Positions 43,004-53,645 are shown, counted from the stretch's first letter. The stretch is DNA of 54,160 nucleotides from a virus (IMGVR_UViG_3300032323_000448:1-54160); one strand, 5' to 3'. Made by a program: numbers and translations. Notes: generated by a model not told the origin, from the sequence alone.

Positions 43004-44724
43004 TACGGATTGCTCCTTTGACGATTAAGTCTCTCTCTGAGGGATTCAGCAGTGATCGGCGTAGGGGCCGCGCCAGAAGCAGCAGGAGTTGCGGGCCTTG
43101 CACCTGCGGGTCTAACGCTAGGAGCAGAAACAATGTTGACCAGCCTATCGTGGTAGCTATCAATCAAGTTCCTGTATTGATCGCTATCCTTGAACTCGTC
43201 AGCATTGAGCTTAGACGCTCGAAGCCCTTTAGCAACGCTACGCTCAAATTCAGCCCTAGCAGTAAGCATCGCAAGTTTCTTGCGGATAGTCCCAGGGTTG
43301 TCTTCGCCCGTAACGGAACCAGTCCCATACAGCCGACGTTCAAAGTCAGAGACAGCGCCTTGCCCTTGCTGCAATCTGCTGAACTGTAGCTGCATCTGAG
43401 CAAACAAAGATGCCGCAAGCTGGTAGTCGTTGATTTGCTCTTGAGGAAGACCTATGTTCCTCATGACGTTTTGAATCTCAGGGATACCAATGCTATAGCC
43501 GGTAAGACCAACGCCCGTTTCAAGCAACTTGCCAACCCCAGCCATGAAATCAGGCCGGTTAAAGATACCAAAAATCTTTTCAGAATTAGGCTTTGCGACA
43601 ATCGAATCAAGACTCTTATAAAGCGCAAGTCTTGATCCTACGTCTTCAGCGCTCGTCATTACGTTCTCAAAACGCCTTGCTCGGCCTTCTGCGTTTATCT
43701 TTGCTTCAGCCTTGGCCGCTTCTGTTTCAACCTCAAGCGCGGCTGTCGCTTCGCTGGGAGTTCTGGCCGCAGAACTAAGAGAGGGCCTAACAACAGGAGC
43801 AGCACCAGGAGGAACAGCCCCAGGAGCAGCCCCAGGGGTAGCCCCAGGAGCGGCAGCAGCAGCAGGAGTAGCAGCACTGGGTCGAGACAGAACCTTGGTG
43901 TAGCGATCAACGATCTCGTAGAAAGTCTTTGAGTCGCCAGTACGCCGAGCCCGATCAAGAGCCATAGCATCTTCTTCTGGCAACATCAACCGCATCGCGG
44001 GAGCGTTAGTTGCAGGATCGCCAGCAATAAAACGCTCAACAGGAGGCTTGCCGGGGAATGGGATGTACTCACGGGTAAGTTTGTTAACGTACCCACCCGG
44101 CTGAACAGAAATTGAGTCCATGGTCATCTTGTAGACGGACTCGTAAGCCTTCGCAACGTCGGGATTTGTAAGCTGCAATCTGGCGATCATGTCTGGAGTC
44201 ACCTCACGACCGTTGATCACCACTCCAGGCCCATAATTATTTCCCTGAGTCACCTGACTAATCGCCCCAGCAGCCGGAGTAGTTGCGGCACCGGGGGCAG
44301 TTGCTGCACCACGAGCGGGGGCCGCACCTAAAATGCTTGCGCCAGGGGCGGCAGCAGAAACAGAAGTTGCTTCAGTAGGCTTGTTCTCAAAGAACTCAAG
44401 CCCGCGCTTCTTCGTAGCCATCTCACGCTCGGCCTGGGCTATCTGTAAGCGCAGAGCAGCGAGTTCCTGATTCTCTTTTAGCTCCTTCTCTTCCGCAGCC
44501 CCAGTCAACCTTGCTGCGTTACCGAGGCTTTCAAAGAAGCTACCGGTTTGCGTAGGCGCAAGAAAACCCTGCGACATCGCCAACAGCGTTGGATCAAAGA
44601 GTCGGTTTTTGCGCTGGTCTAGCGCATCCGTCATCTGCTTGAGGGCAGACTGATACCGGGCTTCGCTGGTCTCATCAACAGGCAGCGAAGGCTTCAGAGC
44701 CGCAGCTAAGGGTGAGGTTGCCAT
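43003..44724 (-). CDS. Internal virion/ejection protein
   Basis: 573 aa, A/P-rich linkers, GQGAVSDFER; in the ejection cluster. Confidence 0.6.
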   Translation of the reverse strand: MATSPLAAALKPSLPVDETSEARYQSALKQMTDALDQRKNRLFDPTLLAMSQGFLAPTQTGSFFESLGNAARLTGAAEEKELKENQELAALRLQIAQAEREMATKKRGLEFFENKPTEATSVSAAAPGASILGAAPARGAATAPGAATTPAAGAISQVTQGNNYGPGVVINGREVTPDMIARLQLTNPDVAKAYESVYKMTMDSISVQPGGYVNKLTREYIPFPGKPPVERFIAGDPATNAPAMRLMLPEEDAMALDRARRTGDSKTFYEIVDRYTKVLSRPSAATPAAAAAPGATPGAAPGAVPPGAAPVVRPSLSSAARTPSEATAALEVETEAAKAEAKINAEGRARRFENVMTSAEDVGSRLALYKSLDSIVAKPNSEKIFGIFNRPDFMAGVGKLLETGVGLTGYSIGIPEIQNVMRNIGLPQEQINDYQLAASLFAQMQLQFSRLQQGQGAVSDFERRLYGTGSVTGEDNPGTIRKKLAMLTARAEFERSVAKGLRASKLNADEFKDSDQYRNLIDSYHDRLVNIVSAPSVRPAGARPATPAASGAAPTPITAESLRERLNRQRSNP

Positions 44725-44734
44725 GGTTCAGTCT

Positions 44735-45811
44735 TTAAGGGTATTCATAACCGCCGTAGTCATAGCCGCTGTAGTCAGGGCCGACGTAGGTGGGGACGGG
44801 GGAGTCAGGGCCGCCAAGATATTCCGGCATGGAGGTGGCTTCGCCTCGGAGGAAGTTGCTCCAGAAGGCCTCGTTCTGACCTTCCGTTTGAGCTGCCAAA
44901 ACGTCTTGTGCGGTGTATTCGCCTTTAGGGCCAGAGCCCGGTATGCCAAGAGACTTCAATAGCTTAACAATCTCAGTACCGCTCTTACCTGCGGCGGAAC
45001 TCGCAAGGAAGGTGCTCAGGCCGGTGACCCTTGCCATATCAGAGGTTTGATAAGCGCCAGCCTTGGGACCGGTGAAGGTCGAAAGACTACCCATCGGCAC
45101 TTGCTGACCCTGCATCAACCTAGACACAGCGGTAGCCGCCTTCAAGGGTGCCTCAAGCCTGGATTGCTCATAGGCTTGCTGCTCACCGCCGGCAGTCGTC
45201 ATGGCCTTGGCACCAGACAACCCGAGCTCCTGCTCAAGCTGCGCCTGACGAGCCTGCGTCTGTGCCACTTGGTTCTGTAGCTGCGCTTCCGCAGTAGCCG
45301 CATCAATAGCTTTGTTATATCCGGCGCTCAGGGCTCCGAATTGCTGACCGGTCAGGTTGCGCTGGATGTCAGCCAAGGATTGTCCCGTTGCTGCTGCATA
45401 CCGGCGGCTACCCAAGTCACCGCGGCCAACAGCCGCAGCGGTCAGGCTAGGCATCACGTTGCGGCGAATGTTCTGCTGGGCCAGACGCTCCATCTCATCC
45501 ACTACGTTCTGGGTGTAGGGATTCATGAAGCGGGAGATGTCACCGGTGTCGATGCCAGCAGCCTGCCCCGCGGTTTGTTGCGAGGCAGCCAGTTGCGGAC
45601 GATACGACTCAGCAGCAGTGGGAACTGCGGCGTAGCCCTGCTGTTGCAGTGCAGTCAGAGGAGCGACAAGCTGGTCCGGCGTCTTGGCAAGCTGGGCAGT
45701 CCCAGCCTGGGACAGGCCGGACAGGTAGTCGGTGTAATAACCAGGAGCTTCAGTTAGCTTTTTGGTTGTTTCCGTAATATCCGGAAGCGGCGCACCTTGA
45801 AAAACTGGCAT
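44735..45811 (-). CDS. DNA ejection/pilot-like protein
   Basis: Q/A-rich, FMNPYTQNVVD, GDLGSRR. Confidence 0.6.
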   Translation of the reverse strand: MPVFQGAPLPDITETTKKLTEAPGYYTDYLSGLSQAGTAQLAKTPDQLVAPLTALQQQGYAAVPTAAESYRPQLAASQQTAGQAAGIDTGDISRFMNPYTQNVVDEMERLAQQNIRRNVMPSLTAAAVGRGDLGSRRYAAATGQSLADIQRNLTGQQFGALSAGYNKAIDAATAEAQLQNQVAQTQARQAQLEQELGLSGAKAMTTAGGEQQAYEQSRLEAPLKAATAVSRLMQGQQVPMGSLSTFTGPKAGAYQTSDMARVTGLSTFLASSAAGKSGTEIVKLLKSLGIPGSGPKGEYTAQDVLAAQTEGQNEAFWSNFLRGEATSMPEYLGGPDSPVPTYVGPDYSGYDYGGYEYP

Positions 45812-45820
45812 GTTCGGCTC

Positions 45821-47356
45821 CTACTTTTTCAGAAAGTCCAGCGGGGACTTGATTTCAGGCGGCAGGTCTTTGGGCTTTGCAGACCGTGCGTGTTTGCGAA
45901 TGCCGTGCATCATGTCGTACAGCTTGTCCGATCCCGCCTTGGTAGAGCCGTTGCCGATTGCAGCAACAACATCCGCAGGGAACACGAACTCACCATCAGC
46001 GAGCATGGCGGGAATGTCATCAGACTGCCCGTCTCCAGGGCCCGTTACCGCATCACCACGGCGAAAGTCCACTCGAGGCTTACCACCAGCGGCCATGAGA
46101 GGCGTAGCCATGCCACCAAGGGCGTAGCGGCCATACCGAGTGCCAGCGCCCATCAGGGGCGAGATAGCTCCACCAGAGGCGACAAACAGATTCTCATTCG
46201 GGTCAACCTTCTGGTCGCCACCAAAATTCAGAATCTGATCAATCGGGGATTCCGACCCGTAGTTAAAGTAAGGCTGCATGGAGGCTGTCTCAGTCCTTTT
46301 GTTATTGTCCGGCAAAACTTCAGAGTCCTCAACATCAAGGAACGGAGTTTGAACATCGGCCTTAGCAAAGAACGGCGCCAGAAAACTAGAGAACTCGGTC
46401 TCATCTTTGGGCTTGCCGATTCGGGCAACCAGATGCCGCAGTTCGTCCTCAGACACAGGAGGGGTCGCGTTAGAGCTAAGAAGGCCCAAAGCACCGGTTC
46501 TATAGGAGCCATACGGGTTTGCGGTGGGACGATTCTTCTCCAGCAGCGCATTCACAGCCGCCGGAGCAACCCTTTGAGCAATGTTCAGCGCCGCCAGCTT
46601 TTGCTCTAGGTCTTTTTCAGCCTGAAAGTTTTGCTGATCCGGCGCTGCCCGCAAGATGTCGGCAGAAGGAATATAATCAACGACATTAGATGAACTATCT
46701 ATTGTTACCTTACTTCCGTCATCATAAGTATAGGTAAATGTGCCATTCGGGTTTGCTGCATAAGCAGTCGCCCCAGCGTTTAGTGCTGCATCCTGTGAAG
46801 CATAGAACGGCGTATCCATGCTAACCGGCACGCCAAAGTCCTGCGGCGGGTACAGGGAGGGGTTAGCCGGCTCGCCAACAGCGGCCAGATAGTCGAAATC
46901 TTCTCCGTAGTTGGCCCCGTAGGGGTCGGGGTCGATGCTGCCAAGATAGTCATCCACCGCGGCGGTGCGGGCCTCTTTGATCCCAGCGCCGATACCGGTG
47001 AGCAGACCAGCCCTTAGCATGGCCTCCTCGTCCCCGCCGCTGGTTACCCCTTCCGCAACCACGTTGCCCACAATCTGACCCGCTACAGCGCTTCCTGTGG
47101 CCTCTGCGACCGCCTCTCCAACGCCGGCGGCAATAGACCCGCCCACGAATGATGTAGCCCCGCCTACAACCGCAGCTTTTAGGACATCGTCTGCATCACC
47201 GCCTTGAATAGCAGTCATGCCGCCAGCCACAATGCCGGTGCCAATCGCGGTAGCAACTGCGGTGCTGACGGTTCCAACGCCGATTGCGGTGGCAACGCCT
47301 GCGCCGATGGCGGCTGATGCGCCCGTGACTGCCAGAACTATTGGTACTGCTGGCAT
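45821..47356 (-). CDS. Internal virion protein with hydrophobic N-terminus
   Basis: G/A-rich N-terminus; C-terminal VTGPGDGQSDDIPAMLADGEFVFPADVV. Confidence 0.65.
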   Translation of the reverse strand: MPAVPIVLAVTGASAAIGAGVATAIGVGTVSTAVATAIGTGIVAGGMTAIQGGDADDVLKAAVVGGATSFVGGSIAAGVGEAVAEATGSAVAGQIVGNVVAEGVTSGGDEEAMLRAGLLTGIGAGIKEARTAAVDDYLGSIDPDPYGANYGEDFDYLAAVGEPANPSLYPPQDFGVPVSMDTPFYASQDAALNAGATAYAANPNGTFTYTYDDGSKVTIDSSSNVVDYIPSADILRAAPDQQNFQAEKDLEQKLAALNIAQRVAPAAVNALLEKNRPTANPYGSYRTGALGLLSSNATPPVSEDELRHLVARIGKPKDETEFSSFLAPFFAKADVQTPFLDVEDSEVLPDNNKRTETASMQPYFNYGSESPIDQILNFGGDQKVDPNENLFVASGGAISPLMGAGTRYGRYALGGMATPLMAAGGKPRVDFRRGDAVTGPGDGQSDDIPAMLADGEFVFPADVVAAIGNGSTKAGSDKLYDMMHGIRKHARSAKPKDLPPEIKSPLDFLKK

Positions 47357-47357
47357 T

Positions 47358-47765
47358 TTAGAACTCCATTATGTAAACATTGACAGACTTGCCTTCAATA
47401 ACGGCTTTTGTCTGTTTAACGGGCAAGCCGGTCATCCTTGCAAGACGCGCAAACCTATTATCTTCACTGTAGGTGTATGCGACTTTCACGCCGATGTTTT
47501 GCAGGTAGGCGGCTAGGTCAACAAAGTTCTGAGCCAGCTCTCGAGGGTTGGCCTCGGTGCTCAGGGTGTGAACTTCCACAACGCCTTCGCCGCGCACGAG
47601 CACGAGAAACAGCACGTTGCCTAGGTGAACCAGCTTGGCGCCGTCTTCTTGCACAAGCGAGGCGAGCTTTGCCAGAGCATCATCTGCCCGCTCTTCGGAG
47701 CCCAGTTCTTGCAGGAAGTACTCCCTAGCAATTCTGATGACCTCTTGCTGTTCTTGTTCGTCCAT
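47358..47765 (-). CDS. Hypothetical protein (possibly GNAT-like)
   Basis: 135 aa from MDEQEQ; between tail and ejection genes. Confidence 0.55.
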   Translation of the reverse strand: MDEQEQQEVIRIAREYFLQELGSEERADDALAKLASLVQEDGAKLVHLGNVLFLVLVRGEGVVEVHTLSTEANPRELAQNFVDLAAYLQNIGVKVAYTYSEDNRFARLARMTGLPVKQTKAVIEGKSVNVYIMEF

Positions 47766-47769
47766 GGGG

Positions 47770-48027
47770 TTACACCGTTTGTCTTGGACTGACTGCGCCC
47801 ATGAAAGCCATGGCCCAGTCCATCCAGTTGTCAAAATTGTCCGTCATTGGGGTTGCCTCGTTAGAGAACACATCAATGGCGCGGATACCGTTGCCCCAGA
47901 TCTTCCAGTCCGTGGTAGGACCAGGGATCTCAAGCTGCTGGGGTGCGTACAGCTCGCACATGAGACTCGCCCACGAGTCAAACGTGTGATACCGAGGGTC
48001 ATAGACCAGTGCGGGATTAAGAGCCAC
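47770..48027 (-). CDS. Hypothetical protein
   Basis: 85-aa W-rich ORF coupled to the tail gene. Confidence 0.6.
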   Translation of the reverse strand: MALNPALVYDPRYHTFDSWASLMCELYAPQQLEIPGPTTDWKIWGNGIRAIDVFSNEATPMTDNFDNWMDWAMAFMGAVSPRQTV

Positions 48028-50257
48028 CGAAGCCCCTTACGTCGCCGAAGTCGGCACTGACGATCACGCGGCCCATCTGATAGTCGCCACCTTGCACATC
48101 CGAGCGGAACTTCAGGCGCAACTCTCGGCGCTGCTCGCGCAGGTCAATCTTGCCAGTACCGGGCAGGAAAACATACGGGCCCGTGGTCACATCCTCAACC
48201 TGGGCATACGGGCGACCGGTGATGTACAGCTCCATCTCCCCGATTTGCAGGAAGTCGGGCTCCAAGCGCTCCAGATCCAGCCAGTTGTTCTGACCCACCA
48301 TCCCAGGCTCGGACGGGCCGCCAGAGACCCAGCCCAAGTCATTGGTCTCAAAGTAAGACTCAATGGCGTTCTGGTTCTGGCCCCTGACCTCGTCCAGGCC
48401 GTACTCGTGCTGCCACAGGCTGATCAGCCCCGGCGTGGTGGTAAAGGACACCGCCACCCCCGAAATGGTCGCCACTGCGTTATTGGACATGGTCAGGATC
48501 ATGCCCCACAGCGTGGCAACGTTGATTGAGAAACCGGCTCCGGTTCCACCAATGCTCGCCGCCGTGGCGCTCAAGACATTTCCGACCACATACCCTACGC
48601 CAGCCGAGACAAGAGTGACCGCAGTCACAGCCCCGCCGGATACCGTGATGTTGGCAGTAGCTTGGAAGCCAGTGCCTCCAGTCAGGGGGACGTTGGTATA
48701 GGTGCCGTTTGTGTAGCCAGAGCCGCCAACCAAGGCGTTCAAGGTCTTGATGCCGCTGGTGGCGATCCCGACAATCCTCGTGTTTGCAGGAATGCCGTTT
48801 CCTGTGACCGTACAGTTGAAAACAACATCCCCGTCATACGTGTCGGCGTATAGAAGATCGCTGCCGTTGGTAAGGTCATAGGTGCCAGCGGTCAGAGGTT
48901 GTGCAGTGCTGACATCCCAGCCAGCATTGACCGGGTAGGCAAACACCTGGGAGAAGTATCCGGCAGAGCGTTGAGCGCCCAAGGCCTGACCAGCGTCATA
49001 CCAAGTGTTCTCGCGCACGTTGTAGACAATCGCATCCGTGCATTCGGTGGCATCCCCGCGGGGGTAGTACCACCAGATCTCGCCAAACCGCGGAACCTTT
49101 TGGGCCCAGACCTTCTGGCGCTGCTGATAGTTCAGGTTGTCAAAGAACCAGTTCTGGTTCATGGCGTTGGGGATCTCTTTGACCACGCCGTTGTACATCA
49201 TGAAGCGGTCAACACCACACCAGTAGTAGATGCCGTCATACTCAATCACAGACTGGCTGGACATGATTGAGGTCTGGCTCGAGATGATGTCGTAGCGCCA
49301 GAAGGTAGGAGCCGCAAAGTTCTGCGTTCCTGACACACCCAGACTCTGGGGGGCATAAGACACGCGGATCAGGCTGTCCAGGCTCCAAAACAGGCCGCTG
49401 GGGCTGTTAGAGCCGCCTCGCACGGGTAACCCCTGGACGATCTTGCCGGAGGCCACGTTGACCTCGTTAGCGTCCTCAGAGACCCAGTCCTGGGCATTGC
49501 CAGCAGAGCAGTTGCGGATCAGGCCGTTGTTGCCGTAGACAAAGACGTAGGGGTGCAAAACAACCACCCCACCGGAGACCGACACGTTGTTGTCGATGGT
49601 CAGGGTAGAAGCCCCGGTAATCGTTGCAGCAGCACTCAGGACAAAGGTGGTCGTGTTGGTTACCGAGGCAACCGTAGTGCCCACAGGAATGCCCGTGCCA
49701 GAAACCGACTGACCTGCGCCAATCTGCAAGGTGCTGGCGACCGTGACAGTGGTCGTGGAGTTCAGCGTGGCAGCAACGGTAAAGACGCCGATGGGAGCCA
49801 TAGAAGACCCCGCCACATCACCGATCAAAACCCGAGTGTTCACGGTGCTGTCGATCTGGCCCAAGTCCTGTCCAGGGTGGGCCACAAGAGTCGCAACGCC
49901 AGCCCCGCCAACATCGTAGAAGCCGTCAAACTGCCACAGGTTGTCAGGACTAGCGGTAAAGCCCGTCAGCGTGAAGTTGGAGACGCCAGAGCCGATCCCG
50001 TTGTTGTCCACGGAGATAGCTTGCAGGCCGTCAGAGTAGCCGCTGAAGATCTTGGTAAAGCCGTTCTGAGGGGTGACCCAGATGCCCCTAGAGGGGCCAT
50101 CGAGCTGGTCAGAGATCTGCCGGTATCCCCCCATCTTGCGAGGCCGACCACGCTGGAACCGCACCCATTGACCATCGTTGTAGAACAACTTGTCAAAAAC
50201 GGTGCCGTCGCGCTGGATTCCAGGCTTCGTATCAAGAGAGAAGACCTTAGAGGCCAT
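48017..50257 (-). CDS. Tail nozzle/stabilisation protein (P22 gp10/T7 gp12-like)
   Basis: 746 aa; WVRFQRGRPRKMGG, FGEIWWYYP, IVYN..E.TW; with inserted beta domains. Confidence 0.7.
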   Translation of the reverse strand: MASKVFSLDTKPGIQRDGTVFDKLFYNDGQWVRFQRGRPRKMGGYRQISDQLDGPSRGIWVTPQNGFTKIFSGYSDGLQAISVDNNGIGSGVSNFTLTGFTASPDNLWQFDGFYDVGGAGVATLVAHPGQDLGQIDSTVNTRVLIGDVAGSSMAPIGVFTVAATLNSTTTVTVASTLQIGAGQSVSGTGIPVGTTVASVTNTTTFVLSAAATITGASTLTIDNNVSVSGGVVVLHPYVFVYGNNGLIRNCSAGNAQDWVSEDANEVNVASGKIVQGLPVRGGSNSPSGLFWSLDSLIRVSYAPQSLGVSGTQNFAAPTFWRYDIISSQTSIMSSQSVIEYDGIYYWCGVDRFMMYNGVVKEIPNAMNQNWFFDNLNYQQRQKVWAQKVPRFGEIWWYYPRGDATECTDAIVYNVRENTWYDAGQALGAQRSAGYFSQVFAYPVNAGWDVSTAQPLTAGTYDLTNGSDLLYADTYDGDVVFNCTVTGNGIPANTRIVGIATSGIKTLNALVGGSGYTNGTYTNVPLTGGTGFQATANITVSGGAVTAVTLVSAGVGYVVGNVLSATAASIGGTGAGFSINVATLWGMILTMSNNAVATISGVAVSFTTTPGLISLWQHEYGLDEVRGQNQNAIESYFETNDLGWVSGGPSEPGMVGQNNWLDLERLEPDFLQIGEMELYITGRPYAQVEDVTTGPYVFLPGTGKIDLREQRRELRLKFRSDVQGGDYQMGRVIVSADFGDVRGFGGS

Positions 50258-51501
50258 TAGAACGTGCCCCCAAGAACACCACCAGTGAAGGTTCCGGTGC
50301 CGTTGATCGTCAAGCCAGTCGAAAGAAGAGCAAACCGGTTCACGCCTAGGATGGAGATGTCAAACTGCCCAGCGCCAGCACGATACACACCGGTGGTCGG
50401 CTCAGAGCCAAAGTTCAAGGCCGGAGATCCAACCGAGCCGTTTACCAAGCTAATCGTAGAAGAGCCGGCAAGAATGGTGTTTGCGTTGACCAGATTGACC
50501 GAGTCGCAGATCAGGGTAGCTTGCTGGCCCGCAGGGATCGTGGCCGTAGAGGCTCCAGACACCCCGGTGGACAACGTGATCGTGTAGTTGTTGACCGTTC
50601 CATCCGTGGCGTTTTGGATGTAGTAGACCTGAACAGTCTCAGGAACAACCACCGTCACGTTGCCAGAGAGCGTGCCCGTGAACTTCATGATCACGTTGGA
50701 CGCCTCGCTGCTGGTGAGCGTGTAGGTGCCGCTGACAACCGGGTAGGTCAACTGCGTGAAGTTGAACTGGGTCGTGCGGCCCAGGCCCACGGAGTAGAAG
50801 GCGCTTCCCGAGCACACGATCATGCAAGAGTCGCCGGCTTGCAAAGCAACCGTTGTGGAGCCGTTAAAAAGCTCACCTCCGGTCGTGGAGACGGTCAGAG
50901 TACCGCTGCCAGAGTTACGCAAGAACATGAACCAGTTGTTGCCTAGAGTGGCAGCAGAGTTCAGAGTCAGGGTTCCAGCGCCGCCGGTCCATACATAGGT
51001 CTGAGCGCGGAAGGCGACTGTGGCAGAAGTGTTGGAGGAGAACGTAGTGACCGGATGGCTTGCGTTGAGCGTGTTGCTCACAGCCAAGAGGCCGTACCCA
51101 GCCAGGGTTGCAGCATCGACGTTGCTCGTGCCAACACCAAACGCAATCAGTCCCCAGGTTCCATAAACATCAGGATTGGTTCTGATGTAGATGTACTTGG
51201 CCTCACCCGGTGCAATCGTGACGATGGCGCCATTGTCATCAAACGTGCGAACAGCAAACGAGTTAGAGCCGACGTTACGGATCAGGGCATCGTTACCGAC
51301 GGAAGTCTGGTTCGCCGGCGGCATCCACAGCTCAAGGCTTGCGGCGGTCGCGGTGACATCCATGATCCGCGCAGCGTAGTCATCCGTAGCGTTGCCGTTG
51401 ATCGGCCACTGAAGCTGCGTGTTTGCGGACAGCGTGACCGCACGATAAGAAACGTCCGTCGGCTGAATGACGTTTCCGGTGAATGGGCTGTTGTAGCTCA
51501 T
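50257..51501 (-). CDS. Tail protein/fibre base
   Basis: 414 aa beta-rich, ends GGVLGGTF. Confidence 0.65.
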   Translation of the reverse strand: MSYNSPFTGNVIQPTDVSYRAVTLSANTQLQWPINGNATDDYAARIMDVTATAASLELWMPPANQTSVGNDALIRNVGSNSFAVRTFDDNGAIVTIAPGEAKYIYIRTNPDVYGTWGLIAFGVGTSNVDAATLAGYGLLAVSNTLNASHPVTTFSSNTSATVAFRAQTYVWTGGAGTLTLNSAATLGNNWFMFLRNSGSGTLTVSTTGGELFNGSTTVALQAGDSCMIVCSGSAFYSVGLGRTTQFNFTQLTYPVVSGTYTLTSSEASNVIMKFTGTLSGNVTVVVPETVQVYYIQNATDGTVNNYTITLSTGVSGASTATIPAGQQATLICDSVNLVNANTILAGSSTISLVNGSVGSPALNFGSEPTTGVYRAGAGQFDISILGVNRFALLSTGLTINGTGTFTGGVLGGTF

Positions 51502-51512
51502 CTGGTGATCCT

Positions 51513-52148
51513 TTAACTATCGACCGCAATCGCTTGGCGGTCAGCCACGCGCAGTTTGTCCTCGGCAGTCAGAACCTGCATGGCTTGCTGGTACATGGCC
51601 TGCCACAGTTGAACGCGGCTATCGTTCTTCAAGAAGGGCATCGCTTGCAGCAGCGATCCGTATAGGAGGGCTTGCGGGGCGTATTGGGTGAACCAGTTGG
51701 TCTGGTTGCTCGAGTCCAGAGGCTGCACGCGCTCGTAGTACAGGACTTCAAAGTTGTAGGCGACATCAGGCGTCGGAGCTACCAGCCAATGGGTGAAGTC
51801 GTAGTCGGTGTAGAACTTGGGCACATCCGTGTTGGTCGGATCGGGCCAGTACTCACGCAGGTACTCGTAGCGGCGCAGCAAGACGGGCTGGCGCTTGCCA
51901 TCGACCGTGATGTTCATGGAGACAGTCTTGCGCCACCGGGCCGGCTTGTTGATCACCGGATCGTCAGCCGTCATCTGGCTGGTCTGGACAGTCAGGTTGC
52001 CAAGGAACTTGATCTGGCTGGCGATGATCTGCTCGGCCAACATCACGAAGGTGGGGATCTTCTCCAGAGTGGCAATGTCCGTGCGCTCCAGATACGTCGC
52101 AACGTCAGCCACTAGCGAGTCATACGTCATTACGGCGGCTGTCGTCAT
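51513..52148 (-). CDS. Head-tail adaptor (tail tubular A-like)
   Basis: MTYDSL...YLER....IP.FV.LAE, APTPD..Y, TNW....P.ALLYGSL. Confidence 0.75.
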   Translation of the reverse strand: MTTAAVMTYDSLVADVATYLERTDIATLEKIPTFVMLAEQIIASQIKFLGNLTVQTSQMTADDPVINKPARWRKTVSMNITVDGKRQPVLLRRYEYLREYWPDPTNTDVPKFYTDYDFTHWLVAPTPDVAYNFEVLYYERVQPLDSSNQTNWFTQYAPQALLYGSLLQAMPFLKNDSRVQLWQAMYQQAMQVLTAEDKLRVADRQAIAVDS

Positions 52149-52540
52149 CACCACACCTTTTTCTTGATTGAGTCAGGCTGTGGAACAAACTGCTTGCCTT
52201 GGCGCGTTCCCTCTCGTTTTGCACGGGTTGTCGCCCCATACTCGGCGGGAGTTAACTTTTCGCGGGCCTGTTTTGGCAGATACCGTTCCCCAGTCGCCTC
52301 TTTACCCTGAGTGGACGGCTTCCCGGATCGGGTACCCCAATCTTCCCGCGTCCACTTGCTTAATGAATTATCCGCCTTTTTAGGCCCCTTGTAACCCCCT
52401 CCGCTGCTCTTGTACTTCTGGGTGGCAAGCTGGGCTTTACGGGCGCTCCACTGCCCCGGAGAGCCTCCTTTGCCCGAGGCCTTTACCTGGGACACAATCC
52501 GCTTCCACTTGGCCGGATTGGTCTTTGTGGCTGTACTCAT
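52148..52540 (-). CDS. Basic protein (DUF5872-like)
   Basis: GG.PGQWSARKAQL....YK..GGGY; L.KWT.E.W; TGERYLP. Confidence 0.7.
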   Translation of the reverse strand: MSTATKTNPAKWKRIVSQVKASGKGGSPGQWSARKAQLATQKYKSSGGGYKGPKKADNSLSKWTREDWGTRSGKPSTQGKEATGERYLPKQAREKLTPAEYGATTRAKREGTRQGKQFVPQPDSIKKKVW

Positions 52541-52548
52541 AACGCCTC

Positions 52549-53151
52549 CTATGCCGTCAGAACTTCTTGAGCATGGCGGATGTGCGCGATCCGGTCATCC
52601 AAACCTATGGTGCCGCCGTTGATCTTCTTAGTCATGGCGATGTAGTCTTTAGCATCAGCCTCTTTGTTAAGCTGGCGCTTGTTCCAGTACCACCCAGCCG
52701 TGAGAGCTGCGTATTTGGGGACTAGGACATAGTCCGGGGAGTGGACAAAGTCCATCCCTAAAGCGTCTCCAGCTAGGGTGTAGTTGTCCTTGCCGGTGAG
52801 CTGGATCAGCCCCCGCCCGTGGTACAGCCAGCCGTCCCCGGTTTCCTCGGTGCCGTTGCCCATACGCCCGCCATAGACCCGATTGGCGATCTTCTCGGGG
52901 TTTCGGTGGTAGGGCTGGGCGGCCTCGAGCGTCGGGAAGCGGCTGGGCCAAGTCTTCATCAGCGCTTCGGCGGAGTAGTTGAGGTTCTCTTCCAGAGTCC
53001 GAAAGTTGGCAGACTCATGAGCGCATTGACCAATGAACGCAGCCTGACGGCTAGGAGTGTTGATTTCATAGCGGTGAAAGACTTCCTCCAGCGGTTCAAC
53101 CCACTGGACATCAATCTTGAGTTTGGCAAGGGTGTTGGCGAGGCTCATCAT
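52549..53151 (-). CDS. Endolysin, glycoside hydrolase family 19
   Basis: AAFIGQCAHES, EENLNYS, Y.GRGLIQLTGK.NY, TKKINGG. Confidence 0.9.
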   Translation of the reverse strand: MMSLANTLAKLKIDVQWVEPLEEVFHRYEINTPSRQAAFIGQCAHESANFRTLEENLNYSAEALMKTWPSRFPTLEAAQPYHRNPEKIANRVYGGRMGNGTEETGDGWLYHGRGLIQLTGKDNYTLAGDALGMDFVHSPDYVLVPKYAALTAGWYWNKRQLNKEADAKDYIAMTKKINGGTIGLDDRIAHIRHAQEVLTA

Positions 53152-53645
53152 TTAACTGCGGGTGCTTTAGAGAGAAGGTCAGTTTTAGCCTGAGAGCCAG
53201 CGCTAGAACCAAAATAATACGCAATGATGCCAGTCCAGGCGGTGCCAAGGGAACCGAGCATCATCAGGATAGGCGGGTTGTTGGAGTCCACTCGCCCAAG
53301 CAGCATCATTACGAGGATGCCGAAGAACCCGACGGTGACGATTGCAGCCAGAACCGGGGGAACGATGGAGCGGGTGGTGGCCTGCATCTCCCTGGCAGAC
53401 TTCCTGTCATCCACCGCCAGTTTCTCAAAGTTCAGACCCAGCTCGTTAGCCTGCTTCTGGAGGTCAATCTCAGCGATCTTGATCTGCGCGATCTGCTCGG
53501 AGGTCAGTTTGCCGCTGGAGATAAGGTCCTGAACCTTTTCAGGCTCCACTCCAATCGCTTTGGATACTGCGGAGACAGCCATACCCATCAAGGGCCCACC
53601 CATCGCAGTAGCGATAGTGGGGGCGATTTGTTTGAGCCATTCCAT
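53148..53645 (-). CDS. Holin-like membrane protein
   Basis: DRKSAREMQ, two TM helices, YYFGSS; adjacent to the endolysin. Confidence 0.75.
   Translation of the reverse strand: MEWLKQIAPTIATAMGGPLMGMAVSAVSKAIGVEPEKVQDLISSGKLTSEQIAQIKIAEIDLQKQANELGLNFEKLAVDDRKSAREMQATTRSIVPPVLAAIVTVGFFGILVMMLLGRVDSNNPPILMMLGSLGTAWTGIIAYYFGSSAGSQAKTDLLSKAPAVK

Noticed and set aside
45821-47356. Tape measure protein (GPG...SD.IPAML.DGEFV motif)
   Set aside because: No tail tube or sheath genes seen; context fits a podovirus internal/ejection protein
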